NCBI GenBank assembly: GCA_950097015.1
Contig: CATNEN010000025.1
Coordinates: 6,944,001 to 7,008,000, forward strand
Source: Macrostomum hystrix
Taxonomy: Eukaryota > Animalia > Platyhelminthes
DNA: 64,000 nucleotides
Reading direction: 5' to 3'
Positions 53,889 to 64,000 of the stretch are shown here, piece after piece (within the stretch, counting starts at the first letter, position 1; each line of letters begins with the position of its first letter). The notes beneath the pieces are model-generated. The model saw only the letters and a program-made list of their open reading frames with translations, did no database searches and had not been told where the DNA came from. The translations under genes were made by a program, and so were the position numbers.

Positions 53889-54449
53889 GACAATGCTTTC
53901 AGAATATCTAATTAATAAAAATAGAAAGAAAAAAAAGAATAGGCAGCATGGCACTGCTTATCTTCGCTTTGAATATAATAACCTAGAAAATGCCTAAGGG
54001 TGGGGTAAATCAGCCTTGCTTCCAACTCCTGACAATAGAGAATTTTAACAATAGCGGACTCTTTATCAAGAAGTGGCCAGGGGGTTGGCCAGTAAAGAAT
54101 GAGATGATTTTCCGCCGAAAAAATGGCATTGCGCTTGTCACTTCTGTTGTACAACGCGAACTAAAGAAAAGGAAGTAGCCAACGACATTCTATAATAATT
54201 GAACAGCAGACTATAAGATTGCAGCTTTATTGTTCCTTCATTCACTCATCACAATAGGCCTATGGCTCGATCAAAGGAAATGCCTATTGTCCGATTAAAG
54301 GCCTACCGTTCAATGATAAAACATGATTTATTACTACTATGCGGATAGTGAGGAAACTCCTACAAATATTTTATAAATGTCAGATCTTCTGAAATTACGA
54401 GTAATTTTCTCGAAATTTTAGCATGCATGTCCTGAGCATGCTAATTTCA

Positions 54450-56365
54450 AGCTGAATCACTGAAGTTAGTGATAGCTGAATCACTGAAGTTAGTGATAGA
54501 TGAATCACTGAAGTTAGTGACAGATGAATCACTGAAGTTAGTGACAGATGAATCACTGAAGTTAGTGACAGATGAATCACTGAAGTTAGTGATAGCTGAA
54601 TCACTGAAGTTAGTGATAGCTGAATCACTGAAGTTAGTGATAGCTGAATCACTGAAGTTAGTGACTAGATGAATCACTGAAGTTAGTGATAGCTGAATCA
54701 CTGAAGTTAGTGATAGCTGAATCACTGAAGTTAGTGATAGCTGAATCACTGAAGTTAGTGATAGCTGAATCACTGAAGTTAGTGATAGCTGAATCACTGA
54801 AGTTAGTGATAGCTGAATCACTGAAGTTAGTGATAGCTGAATCACTGAAGTTAGTGATAGCTGAATCACTGAAGTTAGTGATAGCTGAATCACTGAAGTT
54901 AGTGATAGCTGAATCACTGAAGTTAGTGATAGCTGAATCACTGAAGTTAGTGATAGCTGAATCACTGAAGTTAGTGACAGCTGAATCACTGAAGTTAGTG
55001 ATAGCTGAATCACTGAAGTTAGTGATAGCTGAATCACTGAAGTTAGTGATAGCTGAATCACTGAAGTTAGTGATAGCTGAATCACTGAAGTTAGTGATAG
55101 CTGAATCACTGAAGTTAGTGATAGCTGAATCACTGAAGTTAGTGATAGCTGAATCACTGAAGTTAGTGATAGCTGAATCACTGAAGTTAGTGACAGCTGA
55201 ATCACTGAAGTTAGTGATAGCTGAATCACTGAAGTTAGTGATAGCTGAATCACTGAAGTTAGTGATAGCTGAATCACTGAAGTTAGTGACAGCTGAATCA
55301 CTGAAGTTAGTGATAGCTGAATCACTGAAGTTAGTGATAGCTGAATCACTGAAGTTAGTGATAGCTGAATCACTGAAGTTAGTGATAGCTGAATCACTGA
55401 AGTTAGTGATAGCTGAATCACTGAAGTTAGTGATAGCTGAATCACTGAAGTTAGTGATAGCTGAATCGCTGAAGTTAGTGATAGCTGAATCACTGAAGTT
55501 AGTGATAGCTGAATCACTGAAGTTAGTGATAGCTGAATCACTGAAGTTAGTGATAGCTGAATCACTGAAGTTAGTGATAGCTGAATCGCTGAAGTTAGTG
55601 ATAGCTGAATCACTGAAGTTAGTGATAGCTGAATCACTGAAGTTAGTGATAGCTGAATCGCTGAAGTTAGTGATAGCTGAATCACTGAAGTTAGTGATAG
55701 CTGAATCACTGAAGTTAGTGATAGCTGAATCGCTGAAGTTAGTGATAGCTGAATCACTGAAGTTAGTGATAGCTGAATCACTGAAGTTAGTGATAGCTGA
55801 ATCACTGAAGTTAGTGATAGCTGAATCACTGAAGTTAGTGATAGCTGAATCGCTGAAGTTAGTGATAGCTGAATCACTGAAGTTAGTGATAGCTGAATCA
55901 CTGAAGTTAGTGATAGCTGAATCGCTGAAGTTAGTGATAGCTGAATCACTGAAGTTAGTGATAGCTGAATCACTGAAGTTAGTGATAGCTGAATCGCTGA
56001 AGTTAGTGATAGCTGAATCACTGAAGTTAGTGATAGCTGAATCACTGAAGTTAGTGATAGCTGAATCACTGAAGTTAGTGATAGCTGAATCACTGAAGTT
56101 AGTGATAGCTGAATCGCTGAAGTTAGTGATAGCTGAATAACTGAAGTTAGTGATAGCTGAATCACTGAAGTTAGTGATAGCTGAATCACTGAAGTTAGTG
56201 ACAGATGAATCACTGAAGTTAGTGATAGCTGAATCACTGAAGTTAGTGATAGCTGAATCACTGAAGTTAGTGATAGCTGAATCACTGAAGTTAGTGATAG
56301 CTGAATCACTGAAGTTAGTGATAGCTGAATCGCTGAAGTTAGTGATAGATGAATCACTGAAGTTA
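54450..56365. repeat. 24-bp minisatellite, ~80 units
   Basis: gctgaatcactgaagttagtgata, highly homogeneous. Confidence 0.97.
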
Positions 56366-56529
56366 ATCATCGAAATTAAAGGGAATAGTGGTAGGAAGGA
56401 CGCGGTTGACAAGCGGATTAGGGTGAAATATAGAGAATATGAGGTGCTTGGATAAGCAATAGACAGCCGTAGTTAAATGATGGTCATCGGAGGTTGTGAA
56501 GTGTGGAGCGGAATCTGAAAGGTAACCAG

Positions 56530-56670
56530 TGGAGGTTGAGAAGTAGAGAGCGGAAGGTGAGAAGTAGACAGCGGAGGTTGAGAAGTGGGAAGCGGAAGGT
56601 GAGAAGTAGACAGCGGAGGCTGAGAAGTGGGAAGCGGAAGGTGAGAAGTAGACAGCGGAGGTTGAGAAGT
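56530..56670. repeat. 21-bp minisatellite
   Basis: gagaagtagacagcggaggtt-type units. Confidence 0.85.
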
Positions 56671-57777
56671 AGAGAGGGGAAAGTGATGGTAGTCGGGTAG
56701 GCAGAGGGTGAGGAACGATAAAAATAGGAAAAGGGTAATTTGAGTATCAGGCGCCATTTGGAACAGAAAAAGACAAAAAGAAAATGAATCCGGCAATGAG
56801 AGGCTGATTTGAGATTTTCTGACAAGATTAATCAAGGCTGGGCCAGGGATAAAAGAGGTTAGGAACACGATTCACAATTCGCGTGTTAGGCCTCCTATGA
56901 AATATAAGTCTCCCTGGATTGCAGGCTCTGCGCGGTGAAGGAAATCTGAAGGAGGGTGGGCGGGTAGCAGGCAGGCCGGCTATTCGACTCCAGGGCAGCT
57001 CAGAGCCTAGGAATTAAAACCGGTTCAAACTGGTTCAAGCTGGAATTTCTTAAACATCTCAGGTAAGAAATCTAATTTTACCTGTACAAAACGGGAAGGG
57101 AATGAAAGTCAAAATATATGATTATGATGGGCATTTTATCTATTAACAAACAACTGAAAATATTAACAGCGCTTGACAGAAAAGCGAAGTGCAACCTAAG
57201 CCGCTAGAGAACGCATCGGAGAGGGATTAATGAGGCCACATTGCTGCAACACAGATTTTGTGATAGTCTAATAGATTGACACTACACGATAGAATTTAGG
57301 TGATAGGTACGGATACATAGTGGATGCTGAGAAGTAGACAGTGGGAAGTGATAAGTAGATAGTTGGGGTTGAGAAGTAGATAGTGGGGGTTGAGAAGTAG
57401 ACAGTGAAAGCAGATAGGTACACAGAGCTTTAGAAATAAAAAATAGGAAATTGTAATTTAGAGAGGGAGGAAACTAACAGATGGAAAGTAGGCCAAAAAG
57501 GTGAGTGCTCTTCGGCTAGTCTTTCGTGCTCACTCTATAGTTAAAATTAATCTCGCATTCGTCGGCCTCTAAAAATAAAAAGACCTCAATGCAAATGCTT
57601 TTCCACGGTCTATGGAGACATTGAAAAAACTAACATAGCTATTTTCAGCTTGAAACAAAGTCTGAATAGTACTTTTATTTAGAAGAGATTGTCTTCTTGA
57701 GCAGATATTAGCAATGATTATTTATGACCGAAGCTCTTAAATGCATGAATTTGTTGAAATATATGAGCAAAATATAA

Positions 57778-58352
57778 GGCCGTATGAATAACTTGAGCAA
57801 TTGCTCACGAGTAAATGCTCCTACTCTGAGTTTGAGCAACCGCTCACTTTTCGTATGAATAATGATTTATCTCAAACTTCGAGCAAGTTCCCAGCCACCC
57901 GAGCAGTTGCTCAGCGAATTTTTACCATAGACAAAATGGTGATCAAAATCAGTTCCCTCTTCTTTGCTGTTTAATGGAACGAACGAGGCTCGCCTCGCAA
58001 GCAGGATTTGCTACGTGGTATGAAAAAATGTCGAATCAAGACGAAGACGATGCGATTTTCGTTCGCTATGCTAACAGAGCAGTAGGAAAGTATGCTACTG
58101 AATAGGCGCTGAGCACGCTGCCGACTTGACTCAAGAAAACGCCAGCAAATGCTTCAGACATTTGTCTATGGGCAGAGTTTATTCTTGCTGACGCGAGTCT
58201 CTACTCAGTCACAGAGCAATTGCTCGAGGGGTGAACACTAACTCTTGAGACAATCATGGTGAGCATTTGCTCAGCAGCAAGCACTCACTTTATTCATTCT
58301 GAATTGAGAATCTCGTAGACTTTGAGCAATTGCTCACTATATTCATACGGCC
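57778..58352. mobile_element. MITE (non-autonomous DNA transposon), PIF/Harbinger-like termini
   Basis: 30-bp TIR GGCCGTATGAATA-N4-GAGCAATTGCTCA with 3 mismatches. Flanks are TAA and TAT (imperfect 3-bp TSD). Internal repeated GAGCA(A/T)TTGCTC-type palindromes; no ORF. Confidence 0.75.
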
Positions 58353-58519
58353 TATTGTTCTGGTAGTTTATGGTAAAAGCAAAAATTTACAAAACCAAAT
58401 TATAAATGCTGACAGATGTTGACAGACAATTTGATTAGAACACTAAAAGAAGATAATACGATATGTATCGAAAATCGTATTTTATAAAGCGCCAGTGTTC
58501 CACTCCGAACTAGTGTGTG

Positions 58520-58660
58520 TTCCTGGTCTCGATTCCGCGTCACGGCCGCATTTTTTGTGGAGAATGCATTCTGGGCTTGTCATGCGAGTGAGGGTGTACA
58601 CTGTCAGACGATGAAGAAGTCAGGGCAGATGTACACACCTGTGTGATTGTGTGCTCAGGG
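58520..58660 (+). mobile_element. Degenerate SINE family A copy
   Basis: gggcttgtc..gtgtacac..gacgatgaagaagtcagggcagatgtacacacctgtgtga..gtgtgctcagg matches the other A copies. Confidence 0.7.
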
Positions 58661-58748
58661 GTCAGCGGAATGACGTGAAGAAAACCGATATGTAGCGAAA
58701 AACACATTTAATTAATGATAAAAATGATTTTAACAGTAGAAAAGTCGG

Positions 58749-58952
58749 ACAGACTGAAGGAAGAATAGCAAAATAATCAGTTTTTGCCGCACTTTGCCGC
58801 AGCATCGCCCCCGCCGTTCGGCTGCAAGAAGACGCAGCCGAAGTCTTCCTCACAGACTGAAGGAAGAATAGCAAAATAATCAGTTTTTGCCGCACTTTGC
58901 CGCAGCATCGCCCCCGCCGTTCGGCTGCAAGAAGACGCAGCCGAAGTCTTCC
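58749..58952. repeat. Perfect 101-bp direct duplication (period 103)
   Basis: 58749-58849 is identical to 58852-58952. Confidence 0.92.
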
Positions 58953-61900
58953 AGTTGGGCCCGTAGCCGGCGACCTTCCGCGCGCAGACGGCGGGCCTCG
59001 TGAGCAGCGGCGCTGCGCAAAGCCAGCTGGCGCGCATTGGCGGCCAGGATTTCGTTGACGCCGTGCAGCTGGCGCAAGCTGCCTCGGTTGTCGCGCGTGA
59101 ACACGGCCTTCTGGTAGGCGTGAAAACACAGCGGCCGGCCAGGCTTCACGCTCACCTGTGGGGTGGCAGAGTGACAGTTGGAGTGAAAGAGTGACATTTA
59201 GGATGACAGGGTGACAAGTTAGGGCCGCAGAGTGACACAAGGGAGTGGCAGAGTGACACTAGGGGGTGGAAGGGTGAAACAAGAGGGGTGGAAGGGTGAC
59301 ACTAGAGGGGTGGAAGGGTGAAACAAGAGGGGTGGAAGGGTGACACTAAAGGGGTGGAAGGGTGACACAAGAGGGGTGGAAGGGTGACACTAAAGGGGTG
59401 GAAGGGTGACACAAGAGGGGTGGAATGGTGAAACAAGAGGGGTGGAATGGTGAAACAAGAGGGGTGGAAGGGTGACACTAAAGGGGTGGAAGGGTGACAC
59501 AAGAGGGGTGGAATGGTGAAACAAGAGGGGTGGAAGGGTGACACTAGAGGGGTGGAAGGGTGAAACAAGAGGGGTGGAATGGTGAAACAAGAGGGGTGGA
59601 AGGGTGACACTAAAGGGGTGGAAGGGTGACACAAGAGGGGTGGAAGGGTGACACTAAAGGGGTGGAAGGGTGACACTAGAGGGGTGGAAGGGTGAAACAA
59701 GAGGGGTGGAATGGTGAAACAAGAGGGGTGGAAGGGTGACACTAAAGGGGTGGAAGGGTGAAACAAGAGGGGTGGAAGGGTGACACTAAAGGGGTGGAAG
59801 GGTGACACAAGAGGGGTGGAAGGGTGACACTAAAGGGGTGGAAGGGTGACACAAGAGGGGTGGAATGGTGAAACAAGAGGGGTGGAATGGTGAAACAAGA
59901 GGGGTGGAAGGGTGACACTAAAGGGGTGGAAGGGTGACACAAGAGGGGTGGAAGGGTGACACTAAAGGGGTGGAAGGGTGACACAAGAGGGGTGGAATGG
60001 TGAAACAAGAGGGGTGGAATGGTGAAACAAGAGGGGTGGAAGGGTGACACTAAAGGGGTGGAAGGGTGACACAAGAGGGGTGGAATGGTGAAACAAGAGG
60101 GGTGGAAGGGTGACACTAGAGGGGTGGAAGGGTGACACAAGAGGGGTGGAATGGTGAAACAAGAGGGGTGGAAGGGTGACACTAAAGGGGTGGAAGGGTG
60201 ACACAAGAGGGGTGGAAGGGTGACACTAAAGGGGTGGAAGGGTGACACAAGAGGGGTGGAATGGTGAAACAAAAGGGGTGGAAGGGTGACACTAGAGGGG
60301 TGGAAGGGTGACACAAGAGGGGTGGAAGGGTGACACAAGAGGGGTGGAAGGGTGAAACAAGAGGGGTGGAAGGGTGACACTAAAGGGGTGAAAGGGTGAG
60401 ACTAGAGGGGGATGGAAGGGTGACACTAGGGGGGTGGAAGGGTGACACTAGAGGGGTGGAAGGGTGACACAAGAGGAGGTGGAATGGTGAAACAAGAGGG
60501 GTGGAAGGGTGAGACTAGAGGGGAGTGGAAGGGTGACACTAGGGGGGTGGAAGGGTGACACTAGAGGGGTGGAAGGGTGACACTAGGGGGGTGGAAGGGT
60601 GTCACTAGGGGGTGGAAGGGTGACACTAGAGGGGTGGAAGGGTGACACAAGAGGGGTGGAAGGGTGACACAAGAGGGGTGGAAGGGTGAAACAAGAGGGG
60701 TGGAAGGGTGACACTAAAGGGGTGAAAGGGTGAGACTAGAGGGGGGTGGAAGGGTGACACTAGGGGGGTGGAAGGGTGACACTAGAGGGGTGGAAGGGTG
60801 ACACAAGAGGAGGTGGAATGGTGAAACAAGAGGGGTGGAAGGGTGAGACTAGAGGGGGGTGGAAGGGTGACACTAGGGGGGTGGAAGGGTGACACTAGAG
60901 GGGTGGAAGGGTGACACTAGGGGGGTGGAAGGGTGTCACTAGGGGGTGGAAGGGTGTCACTAGGGGGTGGAAGGGTGACACTAGGGGGCGGCAGCACACA
61001 CCTGAACCACCAGAGGCTGTCCCCGGCGCCTCTCCTCGGCCAGCACTCGGCCAGTGACCGGATGGAAGCGCACGGAGACGCGGCCGGGATCGGGCACCGG
61101 GTCGGCGCTGAACAGCAGGCGCTGAAGTCCCAGGATGAGCCGGTCGCGATCCTCAAGGCGCACAAGAATGCCCTCGATGGAAGCTGAGACGGGCGACACG
61201 CCAATGAGCAGGTGGCCCCCGCGGCGGTTAATAAGCGACATGAGGTGCGGCGCAATGTCGTTAGCCATGAGCTCGGCTGCTGAGTGCCGTGAATTCAGCA
61301 GCGCCAGAGTCGCTGATTGGCCAACGCCGGCCGGGAGTCTTTGTCCGGCCCGCAGCGGCCAAGCCAGACTGTGGCGGCCAAGTTCCAGGGAGCCATCGGA
61401 GTCGTTGGCGTACACGCTGCTGGCACGGCCAACCAAATCGGCGTAGCAGACGGAGGCCGGCTTGCCAACCTGCGGCTGGAGGCCAATTTCGACGGGTGCG
61501 GGCGGCGTGGCGCCGGAACGGATCGCCATGGCTGTCAGAACCGCATTGGTTGCCGCCGTTGGCGGCGGCTTTGCGGGAGCTTGAACTAGGACACAGTCGA
61601 ATGCGAGGCAGTGGGCCAGTTCCAAGCACTGTCCCAGTTTGGCCGACTCGCCAAGGACAGCCAAAGTCAGGTCCGTCAGGGCCAGTCGGACCGAGGAATT
61701 CGGCGCCCTGACGGAGGAGTCCCCAACCAGCAGGCGCGCGGCGGCGTCGGCCAGAGCGTCGGCCAGCTCGTCGCGCAGACAGTCGACTCGCAGCGTTGTC
61801 GGCTGTGCCCGGAGCAGGCCGGCTGCCGCGGACAGGCCCCGGGCCGCCGAGGTGGCGTCCGATTGGCGTGAGGCGCGGTCTAAACGGAATTCCGGCACGT

Positions 61901-62707
61901 CTTACTAATCCGTCATAAATTCACTAATCCGTCATAAATTCACTAATCCGCCATAAATTCACTAATCCGCCATAAATTCACTAATCCGCCATAAATTCAC
62001 TAATCCGCCATAAATTCACTAATCCGCAAAAATCACCACTAATCCGCCTTAAAATCACTAATCGGCCAATATACTCACAAATTATGCTACTGTTTACTAA
62101 CACCACAGATTTACTAGTCCTTTATTAGTTTAATAATCCCCTGATAATTCACAAATTCTCCATCGATTCACTAACTCATCGATTAACTCTCAGCTATCGC
62201 TCTCACCAATTAGAGTGCGCAGCAGTTTAGTCTGGCATGCGAACCGCACCAGACCGGAAGCTGGTTGACGACCAAGAGACTCTTCAACAGCTTCCAGGGC
62301 GCCGATGTAAACCGCATTCGAGTGTGACTTATCTGTCGAGGGGGCAGCGGTAATGTCCATTATTTATATAGAATGATAGCTTTGAACTTCAAACAGAGCG
62401 GTCGGGAGTTCGAATCGCAGCCCAATGGAATCGATGTGTTCTTGAGCAAGATTTGCTTGAGCTCACCCAGTTGTAAAATGGGCTACCAGCATGAGCTGGG
62501 GTAGATATATAGGTGGGTGTAGCGGCCATTCCAGTCCGTGGACTGAACATACAGCTTACCGTGGCTCTAATCACCCACCTTGAGATTAAAAAATAACTCA
62601 CCACTGTTAATTGAGTGTTTCAAAATGGCTTCAGACAGCTCCTCAACAGAGGCTACATCAGCAAATTGATCAGGCACAGATGGCTTGCTAGACGAGGCGC
62701 GAGACAT
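58880..62707 (-). CDS. Schlafen/AlbA_2-domain protein (SLFNL1-like) with C-terminal coiled coil. Exons 62707-62602, 62332-62207, 61900-61002, 59155-58880
   Basis: Exons join in frame (phases 1,1,0). Core IAPHLMSLINRRGGHLLIGVS...IEGI...DRDRL...VRFHPV...VVQVSVKPG...VFTRDNRGS resembles the SLFNL1 AlbA_2 pattern (YVCAFLNSEGGSLLVGV...VQGI...FIPV...VFLRRDGS), recognised from memory. Ends with a coiled coil followed by GC. Confidence 0.78.
59265..60985. repeat. 22-bp G-rich intronic minisatellite
   Basis: gaggggtggaagggtgacacaa-type units, with a 572-bp higher-order duplication. Confidence 0.96.
61903..62060. repeat. 19-bp intronic minisatellite abutting an acceptor
   Basis: tcactaatccgccataaat units. 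Confidence 0.92.
62394..62560 (+). mobile_element. SINE related to family B
   Basis: B box gagttcgaatc, tgtgttcttgagcaag, cccagttgtaaaatggg..ccagcatgagctggg, cagtccgtggactgaac. Confidence 0.7.
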
Positions 62708-62906
62708 TTGGTCAAGACTAATTAGCAGTTTACTTAGTACACTACTGAAAAGTAGAGTGAGGAGATAACGGTTCCAGAAAATAAATTTAAAAAAAATCTA
62801 AAGCTCCAACTCCTTGATTCTAGAGGTAAAACGTTATTTCAAGAATTAAATTGAAACAAATACTAATAAGGAACCATTATTTTGATAATAAAATTCTAGT
62901 GCAATT

Positions 62907-62912
62907 TTTATT
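62907..62912 (-). terminator. Candidate poly(A) signal AATAAA of the ZDHHC gene
   Basis: tttatt on the + strand, ~135 nt downstream of the ZDHHC stop, in AT-rich context. Confidence 0.5.
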
Positions 62913-63045
62913 TTTGCGCTGCGAAAAATTAAAATTTTTGTTCATAAAAATATGTACAGTGACTAGGCTATGTAAAAACATAATACCATAATGTACTTTT
63001 AACTGAATAAGCTTGTCATAGATGTAAGAATCGCAAAACAACAAT

Positions 63046-63477
63046 CTACAAGTCGCGCATATTGCTATTACTACTACTAAAAGTAGCATAGTCGGCATCG
63101 GCGGCAGGATTTCGCCGTCTAGCCGATTCAGCAGACGGGCCATTGTTATTGTTGCGATGATTTCTAGCCGAAGCGGAGAACCCATAGACACGATCTCGGC
63201 CGAGTCGCTCTAGTGGCAGCAAAGTCTCGCGCCAGTTCTGACGCCAGCCGCGACTGAAGCCGCCACCGACGCTGCCCGCATCGAAGCCGATATTGCCGCC
63301 TAGACGAAAAAGGCGTTGTCGTTCAGCCTGCAGGTGAGCCAGTTTTCGACGCTCATATCCAGTCTGATTGATAGTTGCCAGGTAGAGATGATAGCCAGTG
63401 TAGGTGATTAGCGGCAGGACTACCACGGCAGGGCCAAGGGCAAGCAGAACAAGCCGAGGATAGGACACGAACAGATG
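63046..63477 (-). CDS. Terminal exon of a DHHC palmitoyltransferase (ZDHHC4-like); upstream exons lie beyond the window
   Basis: Acceptor ccgacag|HLFVSYPRLV, then TM4 followed by YHLYLATINQTGYE (TTxE-like) and FSRGWRQNWRETLLP (PaCCT-like), typical of DHHC C-termini. The DHHC motif itself is not in the window. Confidence 0.8.
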   Translation of the reverse strand, partial: HLFVSYPRLVLLALGPAVVVLPLITYTGYHLYLATINQTGYERRKLAHLQAERQRLFRLGGNIGFDAGSVGGGFSRGWRQNWRETLLPLERLGRDRVYGFSASARNHRNNNNGPSAESARRRNPAADADYATFSSSNSNMRDL

Positions 63478-63669
63478 CTGTCGGAGGCGGGGGAATGAAA
63501 ACAGTGCGAATGTGCATTATTTTGTCACGCCGATCGAGAGATAATCAGGAAGACAATTTACACTGATTGGCCAGGCTGTTTGAGGGATAGACAGCGAGCC
63601 AATGTTCACTGATTGTCTATTCAAGCTGAGAGATCAGACATGAAGGCATTGGTTATTTAGGCTGATGCA

Positions 63670-64000
63670 GGGAGACGCTGTAGATTGGCTAGTCAGGATG
63701 AGGGATAGGCAGGGAGACGATGTACGCTGGCTAGTCAGGCTGAGGGATAGGCAGGGAGACGATGTACGCTGGCTAGTCAGGCTGAGGGATAGGCAGGGAG
63801 ACGATGTACGCTCGCTAGTCAGGCTGAGAGATAGGCAGGGAGACGATGTACGCTCGCTAGTCAGGCTGAGGGATAGGCAGGGAGACGATGTACGCTGGCT
63901 AGTCAGGAGGAGGGATAGGCAGGGAGACGATGTACATTGGCTAGTCAGGCTGAGGGATAGGCAAGGAGACGATGTACGCTGGCTAGTCAGGCTGAGGGAT
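63670..64000. repeat. 42-bp intronic minisatellite (runs off the window)
   Basis: ggctagtcaggctgagggataggcagggagacgatgtacgct units. Confidence 0.94.

Noticed and set aside
7590-56365. Regular repeats as CRISPR arrays
   Set aside because: Units are head-to-tail with no unique spacers, there are no cas genes, and the context is eukaryotic.
4883-60380. Long ORFs over tandem arrays (e.g. 4883-5874, 19452-20552, 32381-33199, 33525-34641, 46271-47311, 54447-56412, 59302-60380)
   Set aside because: They are translations of minisatellite units that happen to lack stops. They are open in several frames or strands, and many lie inside introns of real genes.

Overview
Eukaryotic (metazoan) genomic DNA, not prokaryotic. 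It has GT-AG introns, tRNA-derived SINEs and about 35 distinct minisatellite arrays that fill most introns. This architecture resembles the flatworm Macrostomum, which is an inference I could not verify. I could assemble five protein-coding genes by hand: coatomer zeta (+, first exon not found), a SoxD transcription factor (+), a 10-exon SEC14/CRAL-TRIO-GOLD lipid-transfer protein (-), a Schlafen/AlbA_2-domain protein that appears to have lost its catalytic acidic residues (-), and the last exon of a ZDHHC4-like palmitoyltransferase (-). The ZDHHC stop lies only ~340 bp upstream of the Schlafen-like ATG, with an unpaired splice acceptor between them, suggesting an operon resolved by trans-splicing. 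Mobile DNA includes an intact DD34D mariner with perfect TIRs, a MITE and two SINE families, one of which carries a recurring pseudoknot-forming 3' motif. Almost all long ORFs in the supplied track that overlap tandem arrays are repeat artefacts.
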